Positions 9,884 to 19,189 of a stretch of 64,000 nt of DNA are shown here, piece after piece; position 1 is the first letter of the stretch; the number at the start of each line of letters is the position of its first letter. The notes beneath the pieces are model-generated. The model saw only the letters and a list, made by a program, of their open reading frames with translations, was not told the DNA's origin and did no database searches. A program made the position numbers and the translations under genes. Location of the stretch: contig JAOZGC010000002.1 in NCBI GenBank assembly GCA_027491915.1, positions 608,001 to 672,000 of the forward strand. Reading direction: 5' to 3'. The DNA comes from Thermoproteota archaeon (GTDB taxonomy: Archaea; Korarchaeota; Korarchaeia; Korarchaeales; Korarchaeaceae).

Positions 9884-11350
9884 ATGTCTGTTGATCCGAG
9901 GGAGTACTACTCGAGGCCCGAGGTGGCCTCCGAGGCCGCCGAGTACCTCAGGGGAAGGTGGGTGGCCCTGGAGGGACCGCCGAGGGGGAAGGGGAGGGCC
10001 TTCTTCAGGTACTCCGGGGGCGCCCCTCTCAGGGTCGACTCCCCGGAAGACCTCGGGAGGCTGGTGGCCAGGTTCTCGTTTGCCCGGGTCCGATCGATCT
10101 ACGGGACGGCCAACGTCTACCGGAGGCTGGAGTCCAGGGGAGATCCGGACGATCCGTCCAACGTCGCGGCCTCCACCCCGGTGTGGGACGTGGACAACGA
10201 GCCGGAGAGGTGGGGGCAGACCCTGGAGGCCGCCAGGGTCCTGGTGGACGAGCTGGAGAGGGCCGGGGTGACCAAGTCCGTCTACCTGATCTGGTCCGGC
10301 AGGGGGTGTCACGTCAGGGTGAGCGAGCGGGCCTTCTCCCCTGAGCTCCTGTCCGAGGTGAACCCCCTGGACGCCTCATACGCCGTGGTGGCCCTGGTGC
10401 TGAGGAGGGCCTCGGAGAGGATAGCAGAGGTGGCCAGGTCGGTCCCGGCCTCGGCCGGGAGGGCGCTGGCGGTCGAGAACGAGATGGACGCCAAGAGGGT
10501 CTTCACGGCCCCGCTGTCCCTGCACAGGGAGCTGGACAGGGCGGCCGTCTGCTTCGGCCCCGACGAGATCGACTCCTTCGACCCGACGTGGGCCGACCCC
10601 CACGACCCGGTCCACTCCCCGCGCTGGAGGAGCTTCGAGAGGGGGGAGGCGGACCACCTGGCCAGGGAGGCCCTGGCGGAGGTGGGGGGATACTGGGGGA
10701 GGACCGGCGGGGTGAGGGCGAGGGTCGGGTCCGGGGCGGGCGCGGCCCGGGAGGCAGGGTCGGGGGTCGGGAGGGGGGCGGCCCCCGCGCGGAGGCCCGC
10801 CGGACGCGGGAGGGTCGGGAGGTTCCAGGTCATGGCCCTCCTCCAGGCCGCCAGGTTCTTCGTCCTGAGGGGGGACCTGGAGAGGGCCAAGTCCTTCGGC
10901 CTCAACAGGGCCATATTCTACGCCTGGGCCAAGAGGAGGGGGGTCAGGGCTAGGGCCGGCGCCGGCCGGGCGGCCGTCACCGGCCGGGCGGCCGTCAGGG
11001 GGGCTGGCGGGAGGCAGGCCGCCCTCCCGCTGGCTGAAGGGGGTCGTGGGGCGGAGGGGGAGGGGAGGGAGAGGACCCCCCGGGCGGAGAGCCTGGGAGA
11101 CGAGGTGGCCTACGTGGGGGAGGGCGGCCTCTTCACGATAGGGGGAGACGTCCAGAGGCCGGAGGACTTCGACAGGCAAGTGGCCAGGAGGATAGAATCC
11201 CTCATCCCGTTCGATAGGGCGTGGGAGGCCGCCGTCTCCTACGTCTCGCGATTCCCCAGGGAGGTGCTGGAGAGCCAGAGGGCCTTCTACGAGATGGTCT
11301 ACAAGCCGGTCAGGGACTCCTTCCTCCGGGAGCTGGTGGGGCGCGGGTAG
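9884..11350 (+). CDS. Archaeo-eukaryotic primase (AEP) superfamily protein fused to an uncharacterised C-terminal domain
   Basis: VWDVD motif I, IWSGRGCHV motif II, ENEMD..RVFTAPLSLH motif III region; Gly/Ala/Arg linker, then GRFQVMALLQAAR..SFGLNRAIFYAWAK. Confidence 0.72.
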   Translation: MSVDPREYYSRPEVASEAAEYLRGRWVALEGPPRGKGRAFFRYSGGAPLRVDSPEDLGRLVARFSFARVRSIYGTANVYRRLESRGDPDDPSNVAASTPVWDVDNEPERWGQTLEAARVLVDELERAGVTKSVYLIWSGRGCHVRVSERAFSPELLSEVNPLDASYAVVALVLRRASERIAEVARSVPASAGRALAVENEMDAKRVFTAPLSLHRELDRAAVCFGPDEIDSFDPTWADPHDPVHSPRWRSFERGEADHLAREALAEVGGYWGRTGGVRARVGSGAGAAREAGSGVGRGAAPARRPAGRGRVGRFQVMALLQAARFFVLRGDLERAKSFGLNRAIFYAWAKRRGVRARAGAGRAAVTGRAAVRGAGGRQAALPLAEGGRGAEGEGRERTPRAESLGDEVAYVGEGGLFTIGGDVQRPEDFDRQVARRIESLIPFDRAWEAAVSYVSRFPREVLESQRAFYEMVYKPVRDSFLRELVGRG

Positions 11351-11727
11351 GGGCGGGCTCCCAACCTCGCCAGCCCCTCCAGCTCCTCGAGGGCCGCCTT
11401 TATCAGGTCGGACCTGGCGATCCCCCTCTGGACGAGCAAGAGCCCGTCATACAGGGCGACCAGCCTGACCTCGGGCGCGGCCCGCTCCAGGGGGGTGAGG
11501 TCCACCGGGACCCCAACGGCCCCCTCCAGCCCCCCCTCCAGCTCGAGGATCTCGGGCAGGTCGAGCCTGGGGGCGGCGTACACAGCGACGTCCACGTCCC
11601 TCACGAACCTCCTCCGCAGGATGGAACCGAAGAGCACGGCCAACCTGATCCTCTCGCGGGACTCGAGCTCCTCCCTGATCTCGCCAGCCACCTCACGGAC
11701 GTCGACCTCGTAGTACCTCGGGGCCAA
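11299..11727 (-). CDS. MNT antitoxin (MntA-like)
   Basis: AVLFGSILRRRFVRDVDVAV, VPVDLTPL. Confidence 0.85.
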   Translation of the reverse strand: MAPRYYEVDVREVAGEIREELESRERIRLAVLFGSILRRRFVRDVDVAVYAAPRLDLPEILELEGGLEGAVGVPVDLTPLERAAPEVRLVALYDGLLLVQRGIARSDLIKAALEELEGLARLGARPYPRPTSSRRKESLTGL

Positions 11728-12130
11728 CCCGCGTACTCCTCCCCGACCCTGCTCAGGAACTTTCTGAGGCACTTAAAGTCCTTCCTCACGCTCTCGTAGA
11801 TCTCCGAGTCAGACACGTCCCAGTACCCGTGGACCAAGATGTTCCTGAGCCCGACCAACGCCTCCAGATCCGCCGAGCACTCGGCCGCGATCCGATCGGC
11901 GACTAATCTCACAGCCTCCCTGTAGGTTCTCGGCCGCCTCCCGAGCGCCTCCACCGACAGGTGGGCGCAGAGCCCGATCAGGGACTCCGCGAGGACTATG
12001 AGCTGGTACCTGATCGCAGCCCTGTCCACGGCATTTAGTTCGGCGTACGGCCTGGAGGAGATCTTCTCTACCTCGGCGGCCGCCTCCAGGGCGTCGGGAT
12101 ATCTTGGAGAGCACGGCTTCCCTATCTACC
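11715..12130 (-). pseudogene. HepT-like (DUF86) HEPN RNase, frameshift near 12097
   Basis: LRNILVHGY (RX4HXY); N-terminus VDREAVLSKIS is in a different frame from DALEAAAEVEK; the ORF reads through into the MNT. Confidence 0.78.
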
Positions 12131-12254
12131 GGCGCCTCCCCTCGGAGGGAGGGGACCGCCTTGATGCTTCCGGGGTCCCCGCGGAGGGCCGCCCCGGCCG
12201 GAACCGCCCCACGCCCCCAGCCCTTAAAATGTCCCGCCCCGCTTCGAACCCGCC

Positions 12255-12839
12255 ATGGATCTCCGCCGACGCCTCCAAGGGGGGCTGGCCTTCCTCCGAC
12301 CCAACCCGGTCAAGCTCGCCCTGTTCCTGTTCCTAGCCTTCGTCTGCGTCGCCGGGGCGGTGGAGAGCTACGCCTTCGTGGACGGCGAGGATCTGGGGAT
12401 ACCCCCGCCTCCCCTGTACGAGGAGCTCAGGGGGACCGGCTTCTGGGTCCCGTGGGTCCTGCTCTCCGCCCCGGTCTGGGTGCTGGGCGCCGCGGTCTGC
12501 TCCCCCCTGGGCGACCTCTGCGGCGCCCTCTCCCCCCTCCTACCGTCCCTGGGCCCGGTCAGATTCCCACTGGCCTCCGTCCTCTACTCCTACGCGCTGG
12601 CGGCGTGGGCGGTTCACTCCGCGTCCGAGTTCTCCCCCCCGAGGGGGTTCTGGTCGATCGCCGGGCTGGCCTCGGCCCTGGCCGCGGCCCTGGTGTCCGG
12701 CCTCCCCGCCGTCCCCGCCTACCCGGAGATACTCCCCATGGCCGCCTCGGGGTGGGCCTCAGCCACCGTCGTGTTCGCCACCTACTGCGTCGCCGGATAC
12801 GGCCTCTGGGAGGCCCTCCTCCGGGGGCGAAGGGGGTAG
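12255..12839 (+). CDS. Hypothetical integral membrane protein
   Basis: About 5 hydrophobic segments; TTAAAAT box upstream. Confidence 0.65.
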   Translation: MDLRRRLQGGLAFLRPNPVKLALFLFLAFVCVAGAVESYAFVDGEDLGIPPPPLYEELRGTGFWVPWVLLSAPVWVLGAAVCSPLGDLCGALSPLLPSLGPVRFPLASVLYSYALAAWAVHSASEFSPPRGFWSIAGLASALAAALVSGLPAVPAYPEILPMAASGWASATVVFATYCVAGYGLWEALLRGRRG

Positions 12840-12899
12840 GACGGGGTCGGGGAACCCAAAGGTTAATATCTTGCACCGGGAGGTTCCCGGGGGGATCGC

Positions 12900-13283
12900 T
12901 TGGCGGAGAGGTTCGGGGAACTGATAAGGCCCCCCGAGGCCGAGGAGGGGAGGGAGAAGCACGTCCCGGTCGTGGAGGCCCCAGCCAGGGTCCGGGCCGG
13001 GGAGGAGTTCGAGGTCAGGGTGGCGGTCGGGACCGAGGTGCCCCACCCCAACACGGTGGAGCACCACATAAAGTGGATCCAGGTCTTCGTCGAGGAGGAG
13101 GGCAGGCCCTACAACCCGATCCACGTGGCCACCTTCGACCTGGGACCGTCCTACGGGGAGCCGAAGGTCTCCTTCAGGCTGAAGCTGAAGAAGAGCTCCA
13201 AGATCTGGGCCCTGAGCTACTGCAACCTGCACGGCCTCTGGGAGGGGTCGAGGCGGGTGGAGGTGGAGGAGGCCTCCCCCTGA
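12900..13283 (+). CDS. sor: Superoxide reductase (neelaredoxin type)
   Basis: [25 protein letters not shown]. Confidence 0.95.
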   Translation: MAERFGELIRPPEAEEGREKHVPVVEAPARVRAGEEFEVRVAVGTEVPHPNTVEHHIKWIQVFVEEEGRPYNPIHVATFDLGPSYGEPKVSFRLKLKKSSKIWALSYCNLHGLWEGSRRVEVEEASP

Positions 13284-13335
13284 CCCCGCGGGGCGGGGTC
13301 ATTCCCGGGGCGGCGGGATGGAGGGGGTGACGCCG

Positions 13336-13497
13336 TTGGCGAGGTGGAGGTGCCAGGTCTGCGGCTACGTCCTCGACGAGGAGAGGGGGGACCCGGCCCA
13401 CGGGATACCCCCGGGTACGAGGTTCGAGGACCTGCCCGAAGACTGGGTCTGCCCCATATGCGGGGCCTCCAAGGACCTGTTCGAGAGGATAGGGTGA
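13336..13497 (+). CDS. rub: Rubredoxin (53 aa, not in the ORF track)
   Basis: TTG start; [53 protein letters not shown]. Confidence 0.95.
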   Translation: MARWRCQVCGYVLDEERGDPAHGIPPGTRFEDLPEDWVCPICGASKDLFERIG

Positions 13498-13545
13498 CCC
13501 GACCCGGGGCGGCCACTTTTTAAGCGGTCCCCCGGGTGGGGCGCG

Positions 13546-14004
13546 ATGAGGGTAGCGACCTCCCTGAGGGAGGTTCTGGACGAGAAGGACGTCCGGATAC
13601 TGGAGATCCTGGTGCGGGACGGGAGGGCCTCGCTCAGGGAGATAGCCAAGAGGTTGGGGATAAGCGACGTGGCCGTCAGGAAGAGGATAAGGAAGCTCGA
13701 GTCGGCCGGGGTGATAATGGGCTACACCGCCGTGGTGGACCCGTCCCACCTGGGGTACCCGGTCGTGTCCCTCACCGGGGTGGACGCCGAGCCCGGGGAC
13801 CTCCTCAGGCTGGCCATGGAGCTCTCCCACCGGGATTACGTCAGGGCCGCCTGGATCACGGCCGGGGACCACGCCCTCATGCTGGAGATATGGGCCAGGG
13901 ACGAGGCGGAGATGGAGAGGATAGTGGCCGAGATCTCCGCCATGAGGGGTGTGAGCAGGGTCTGCCCCGCGGTGGTGACCAAGACCCTGAAGATCAGGTG
14001 CTGA
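13546..14004 (+). CDS. Lrp/AsnC family transcriptional regulator
   Basis: LDEKDVRIL..DGRASLREIAKRLGIS..VRKRIRKLE..GVI HTH plus RAM domain. Confidence 0.92.
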   Translation: MRVATSLREVLDEKDVRILEILVRDGRASLREIAKRLGISDVAVRKRIRKLESAGVIMGYTAVVDPSHLGYPVVSLTGVDAEPGDLLRLAMELSHRDYVRAAWITAGDHALMLEIWARDEAEMERIVAEISAMRGVSRVCPAVVTKTLKIRC

Positions 14005-14017
14005 GCCGGCCCCCGGC

Positions 14018-17000
14018 TCAGGGAGGGGGTCGGGCCAGGACGACCTCCACCTCCCCGGGGTCGACCGACCCGTCGCCGTCCGAGTCCTCCCATCCCAGCA
14101 GGGTGAGCCCGGGCGGGAGCCCGCCTCCCCCGGACAGTCGGCCCAGCGCCCAGAGCAGCCCGGCCCTGGTGCCGTACCTGGTCACCCCTGCCACCCTGGC
14201 CAGGGTCAGGTTGCCGCACCCCTGGACCCAGACCGCGGCGTAGTCCTCCCGGCCGAAGCGGGCCCAGAGGGTCTCGTTCCCGAACCTGAGCCCCGAGTAG
14301 GTCCCGCCGGCCCCGGCCCGGACGAACTCCACGTCAGCCCCCTCCCAGGCCGCCGGGTTCACCTCGGGGCCGCCCACCGCCACGACGGTCCCGGCGAGGC
14401 CGGGTTCCGTCCCACCCTCGCCCGATATCTCCGGGTTCATCTCCAGGTCCACCAGGGACGGCGCCCAGAAGTAGGCGCCGCCGGCGGTGCCCCCCGGGGC
14501 CGGCCCCGGGGAGGTTATCACCAGGTAGAAGGTTCTCGGGACCTCCTCCTCCCCCGGAGAGGGGCGCAGGGACTGGGAGTCGAAGTCCAGCACCCAGGAT
14601 CCCGGGGGGATCGACACGGTACCCCCGGCGGCCCCGACGTCCACCACCGAGTAGAACCGGCACGCCCCGGCCGACCCTCCCTCGACGAGAGTCCCCCCGG
14701 GGGCGGAGATCTCGCCGGCGCTGCCGGCCAGGATCCCTGCCAGGTCCCCCGCCGAGACCCTCTCCCCGGCCTCCAGGGGGTCAGTCTCCCACCCCCCCTC
14801 GTCCAAGACCCCGAGGGACCCCACCACCAGCAGCGTCCCGCCGAACTCCGAGAGGGCGAACCTGGCCTCCCTGTCCAGGACCTCCACGTCGGGCGCCACC
14901 AGCACGTCGTACTCGGCCAGGTCCCCCGGAGAGGCGTAGTCCAGCGGGACGACGTCGAACTGGACGCCGGATGAGGCCAGCTCCCTGACGACGTCCCTGA
15001 AGGCCCTCAGGTGCCTGGACTCCCCCGGGTCGTAGGGCCCCCAGGCCTCGCCGGTCAGGTCCAGGCTCCTGGACGAGAACAGGACCCCGACGTCCGCCTC
15101 GTCCTCCCCGACCGCGTCCAGGGCCGAGACCAGGCGGAAGGCCCTCTCCCTGAACCCGGCCCCCACCGTGCCGGTCATGAGGCCGTCGTTGTTGGTCTCG
15201 AAGAAGCTGCCCGAGGTGGCCAGTATCAGCCCCAGCTGCCTGGCCGCCTCCCCCTCCGAGGTCCCGTAGTTCAGGAACCACAGGGGCTTCCCCCGGCTGG
15301 CGGCCTCCGAGTACTTCAGCATGGCCAGGAAGTGGGACCAGTTCTCCAGGTCCCCGAACCCCAGCCCCGACTCCCCCGGGGGGGAGACCTCCGCCACCTG
15401 GAGGACCCTGGGATCCCCACCGAAGAGGGCCGGGTCGTATCCCAGCTCGGTTATCTCGTGGTCGCAGGCGGAGCTCTCCACCACCAGGACCCCGCCCGCC
15501 TCCCAGACCGAGTCGGCCACGGCCGACACGAAGTCGGCCACGGCCCACCTCCTCCACTCGAGCCAGTCCCTGAAGGCCGGGTCCGACAGGTTGGCCTCGG
15601 GGGGCGGGTCCTCCCAGTACCTCTCCTCGAAGTCCCGGGCCCCCCACCTGGAGGCGTCGGGCCAGAGATCCGACATCTCCTCGGTCATCCAGGTGGGCAT
15701 GTGGGGGACGTCCAGCCAGACGCCGTCGGCCCCGCCCTCGGACACCAGCCTGGCGGCCCTGTCGGTCACGAACCCGCGGTGCGGGGAGAAGGGGGACATC
15801 TCGGCCACGGTCTCCTCCGGGGACAGCCACGGGACGTCTATGTTCTCCCCGCTGACCACCAGGGGCCTCCCGTCCAGGGACACCTGGAACCACCCCCTGG
15901 CCTCCGCCGGCGGGGGTTCCCCGGGTCCCCAGTCCACCTCCAGGGCCGGGACGTAGACGACGACCCTCCCCCCCAGCGAGTGGACCAGGGAGGTGACGTT
16001 CCGCACGAACCCCAGGGTCTCCTCGAACTCCCTCTCGTCGTACATCCTGCGGGCCGACCCGATCCCGACGTCCAGCTCTATCACGCTGGCCCCCTCTTCC
16101 AGCGCCTCCCCTATCCGGGAGGCGACCCCGGCCCATTCCTCCCCCGGCTCCGCGTAGACCGACACCACGGTCGCCCCGGTGAGCCAGCCCGGGTACCCCC
16201 CGTACCTCCTGAGCCTCCACGCCCGCTCGAACTCTGCCAGGGCCGACCTGACCTCGTCCCACAGGCCCATCTCCTCCATCAGCTCGTAGTTGAAGATGTA
16301 GAGGCCGTCGGCCCCGGCCGAGGCGAGCCACCTGGCCCTCCTCCTGACGAAGAGGCCCGGGTCGTCCGACTCGTTGGCCCCGAACAGGTAGGTGGACGCC
16401 ACCACCCTCTCGGCCCCCGCCCTTATGGCCGCCATGACGGCCCTCTTGTGGACCCTCCAGTCCCAGTGCGAGGAGACCATGACGTACAGGGTCCCGGCTA
16501 CGTCGGCCAGCGCGTGGTAGTCCTCCCCGTAGGTCTCCAGCGGCCACCATATCAGCAGGTGGGGCCTCACCTCCAGCCCCGGGTTCACCTCCCTGCCGGC
16601 CTCGGCCACCAGCCTGACCAGCTCGGTGACCTGCTCGGCCCTCCAATCCACCCACCTCTCCCAGAGGTCAGGGTCGGACTCTATGGCCTCGGCCCACTCC
16701 CTGGGACCCGATCCCGGCACCTCAACCCCGGTGTCGCTCTCGAATGCCGACACCGTGAACTCGTCGTAGCTGGTGTAGAGGGTCCTGTCCTCGCCCTCGT
16801 CGTAGTAGTCGCTGAACTGGAAGTTGTCGTTCAGGTCTATCCCGTCGAACCCCATCTCGGCCAGCTCCCTGGCGATCCCCCTGAGGGCCCGGACGCACTC
16901 GCCCTCCCTGACGACCCTGGCCGGGGAAACTATGGAGTGGAAGTAGTCGTCGGAGTAGTAGTCGGCCGGGCGGCCGTCCGAGTAGACGGCGATCCAGTCC

Positions 17001-17395
17001 GGGTGCTCGGAGAGCCACACCCCGTGGGGCAGGTTCACCCAGGCGTAGATCCTCATGCCCAGGGACTTGGCCTCCCTCACCATGCCCCGCAGGTACCCCT
17101 CCGGCGGCCAGCCCTCCTCCTCCCTCGGGATGTAGTCCGAGTCGTAGAGGGCGCCGTCGTCGTCCACCGCCGTCACCAGCACCGAGTTGAACCCCATATC
17201 CCTGAGCCTAGAGAGGACTGCCCTGGGGTCGCAGTCCCCGGGCTCCGGGCAGGGCTCGTACACGCCGAGCTCCGGCTCCGATCCTCCCCCCGAACCGGCG
17301 TCCGCCCGGCCGGCGGCCCCGGTGAGGAGGACCGGGACCAGGATCAGCGCGGCCAGGGCGGCCGCCGGCAGTGCGGCCGACACCCGCGCGGGCAC
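14018..17395 (-). CDS. Large secreted glycoside-hydrolase-like protein: two TIM-barrel modules, a GATase-like module and a C-terminal S-layer-like module
   Basis: Signal peptide; MGFNSV..GMRIYAWV..GFDGIDLND; second module GADGVWLD; DVGVLFS..FDVV..YDVLVAP; C-term VGGPEVN..GTRAG..WEDSDGDG. Confidence 0.7.
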   Translation of the reverse strand: MPARVSAALPAAALAALILVPVLLTGAAGRADAGSGGGSEPELGVYEPCPEPGDCDPRAVLSRLRDMGFNSVLVTAVDDDGALYDSDYIPREEEGWPPEGYLRGMVREAKSLGMRIYAWVNLPHGVWLSEHPDWIAVYSDGRPADYYSDDYFHSIVSPARVVREGECVRALRGIARELAEMGFDGIDLNDNFQFSDYYDEGEDRTLYTSYDEFTVSAFESDTGVEVPGSGPREWAEAIESDPDLWERWVDWRAEQVTELVRLVAEAGREVNPGLEVRPHLLIWWPLETYGEDYHALADVAGTLYVMVSSHWDWRVHKRAVMAAIRAGAERVVASTYLFGANESDDPGLFVRRRARWLASAGADGLYIFNYELMEEMGLWDEVRSALAEFERAWRLRRYGGYPGWLTGATVVSVYAEPGEEWAGVASRIGEALEEGASVIELDVGIGSARRMYDEREFEETLGFVRNVTSLVHSLGGRVVVYVPALEVDWGPGEPPPAEARGWFQVSLDGRPLVVSGENIDVPWLSPEETVAEMSPFSPHRGFVTDRAARLVSEGGADGVWLDVPHMPTWMTEEMSDLWPDASRWGARDFEERYWEDPPPEANLSDPAFRDWLEWRRWAVADFVSAVADSVWEAGGVLVVESSACDHEITELGYDPALFGGDPRVLQVAEVSPPGESGLGFGDLENWSHFLAMLKYSEAASRGKPLWFLNYGTSEGEAARQLGLILATSGSFFETNNDGLMTGTVGAGFRERAFRLVSALDAVGEDEADVGVLFSSRSLDLTGEAWGPYDPGESRHLRAFRDVVRELASSGVQFDVVPLDYASPGDLAEYDVLVAPDVEVLDREARFALSEFGGTLLVVGSLGVLDEGGWETDPLEAGERVSAGDLAGILAGSAGEISAPGGTLVEGGSAGACRFYSVVDVGAAGGTVSIPPGSWVLDFDSQSLRPSPGEEEVPRTFYLVITSPGPAPGGTAGGAYFWAPSLVDLEMNPEISGEGGTEPGLAGTVVAVGGPEVNPAAWEGADVEFVRAGAGGTYSGLRFGNETLWARFGREDYAAVWVQGCGNLTLARVAGVTRYGTRAGLLWALGRLSGGGGLPPGLTLLGWEDSDGDGSVDPGEVEVVLARPPP

Positions 17396-17487
17396 GGCGG
17401 CCCGGCCCGGCCCTACCTTTTAACCCCCCGGCGCGAGTTAGGTCAACCTAAAAGAATATAACGGGGTGATCCGCCCGGCCGGTCGGG

Positions 17488-17871
17488 GTGGTCGCGGCGC
17501 CGCTCTCCGAGGCGGAGAGGGAGGAGTTGAGGAGGAGGGTGGTGGGGGCCCTCAGGGAGACCTACGACCCGGAGATCCCGGTCAACGTGTACGACCTGGG
17601 CCTGGTCTACGGGCTGGAGGTGGATCTCGAGGGGAACGTCCGGGTCGACATGACCCTGACCTCCCCCACCTGCCCGGTGGCCGAGACCGTGGCGGCGGCC
17701 GCCAGGGCGGCCATCATGGAGGCGGTGGGCCCTGGGAGGAGGGTGGAGGTCAACCTGGTCTGGGACCCGCCGTGGACCCCCGAGAGGGTCACCCCGGAGG
17801 GGAGGGATAGGCTCCGGGAGATATACGGGTACGACTTCGTCGGGGAGTGGCTCAGGAGGGTCAGGAGATAG
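17488..17871 (+). CDS. DUF59/SufT metal-sulfur cluster assembly factor
   Basis: DPEIPVNVYDLGLVY..MTLTSPTCP..LVWDPPWT. Confidence 0.92.
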   Translation: MVAAPLSEAEREELRRRVVGALRETYDPEIPVNVYDLGLVYGLEVDLEGNVRVDMTLTSPTCPVAETVAAAARAAIMEAVGPGRRVEVNLVWDPPWTPERVTPEGRDRLREIYGYDFVGEWLRRVRR

Positions 17872-17903
17872 TAGGTAGTGAGGTTGAGGAGGGGGGAACC
17901 GAC

Positions 17904-18320
17904 TTGGGTGTGTCGAAGCGGGATCGGGACGTCGTCGCCCGCTTGATCTGGAGGCTCGGGTGCGCCAGCCCGTTCAGGATATCCAGGATCCTCCTGCTGG
18001 CCGAGTGGGCCGCGGAGGAGAGGACCGGCCGTCGCCTGACGGGGCTGACCTACGCCGGGGCCAGCTTCGGCTTCTACGTGGAGGAGCTCCCGTCCATCGC
18101 GGAGTCGCTGGAGGCCGAGGGGTGCCTGAAGAGGGACGAGGAGCGCAGGTGTCTCAGGTACTCCTGCGATCCGCCGGAGCTCCCGCCCGACGTCGCGGAC
18201 CTGCTGGAGGAGGTCTCGAGGGGGGCGGAGCGGCTGGACGACCTGAGCCTGAACAGGGCCGTGATAGGGGACCCGAGGTACCCCAGGTGGGTCGCGGGCG
18301 CGGGGGGAGGCGGGCGTTGA
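17904..18320 (+). CDS. Hypothetical protein, Panacea/SocA (DUF4065)-like
   Basis: ISRILLLAEW..ERTGRRLTGLTY..FGFY resembles the DUF4065 pattern. Confidence 0.45.
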   Translation: MGVSKRDRDVVARLIWRLGCASPFRISRILLLAEWAAEERTGRRLTGLTYAGASFGFYVEELPSIAESLEAEGCLKRDEERRCLRYSCDPPELPPDVADLLEEVSRGAERLDDLSLNRAVIGDPRYPRWVAGAGGGGR

Positions 18321-19189
18321 TAGTCTCGGTCTCCGGCGGGAAGGGCGGGACCGGGAAGTCCACGGTGGCCGTGAACCTGGCGGCCCTCCTGTCCAGGGGG
18401 AGGAGGCTGGTGCTGGCCGACCTGGACGTCGAGGACCCCAACGATCACATCCTCCTGGGCGTGGGCCTGGAGAGGGAGGAGCCCGTGAACGTCATGCTGC
18501 CCTTCGTCGACTACCGGAGGTGCACCAAGTGCGGGGTCTGCGGGAAGGTCTGCGACACCGGGGCCATGCTGATCTCCCCGCAGGGCGTCCCCTTCCTGAT
18601 ACCCAGGCTGTGCAGCGGGTGCAGGGCCTGCTACTTCGCCTGCCCCGAGGGGGCGATAGTCGAGGGTGGGCGGACCATAGCCTACACCTACCTGACGGAC
18701 GTCTCCCTGGACGGCGCCGAGTTCGAGCTGGTGACCGGCTCCCTCAGGGAGGGGGAGGAGCACACCCCTCCCGCGGTCCTGGCGGCCAAGGAGAGGGCCC
18801 TCTCGCTGGACGCCGACGTCCACCTGATCGACACCTCCGCCGGGACCGGGAACTCCGTGGCGACCGCCGTGGACGGGTCGGACCTCCTGATAGCCGTGAC
18901 CGAGCCCACCCCCCTGGGCCTCCACGACCTGGGGCTGATCCTCAGGGTGGCCGAGGAGCTGGGGATCGAGAGCTGGGTGGTCATCAACAGGGCCGGCCTG
19001 GGCCCCGAGGACGGGCACGTCAGGCTGGCCGAGGAGCGCGGGGCCAGGGTGGCCGCCAGGATCCCCTACTCCAGGGAGGTGGTGGAGTCCTACGTCGGGG
19101 GGTCCCCGATAGTGCTCAGCAGGCCCGGGTCGGAGGCGGCCAGGGCCCTGGCCGGGCTGGCCGCCATGGTCGAGGAGGTGATGGGATGA
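18317..19189 (+). CDS. MinD-superfamily P-loop ATPase with inserted ferredoxin domain
   Basis: GGKGGTGKS, DLDVEDPN, two CxxCxxCxxxC motifs, VTEPTPLG. Confidence 0.9.
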   Translation: MIVSVSGGKGGTGKSTVAVNLAALLSRGRRLVLADLDVEDPNDHILLGVGLEREEPVNVMLPFVDYRRCTKCGVCGKVCDTGAMLISPQGVPFLIPRLCSGCRACYFACPEGAIVEGGRTIAYTYLTDVSLDGAEFELVTGSLREGEEHTPPAVLAAKERALSLDADVHLIDTSAGTGNSVATAVDGSDLLIAVTEPTPLGLHDLGLILRVAEELGIESWVVINRAGLGPEDGHVRLAEERGARVAARIPYSREVVESYVGGSPIVLSRPGSEAARALAGLAAMVEEVMG

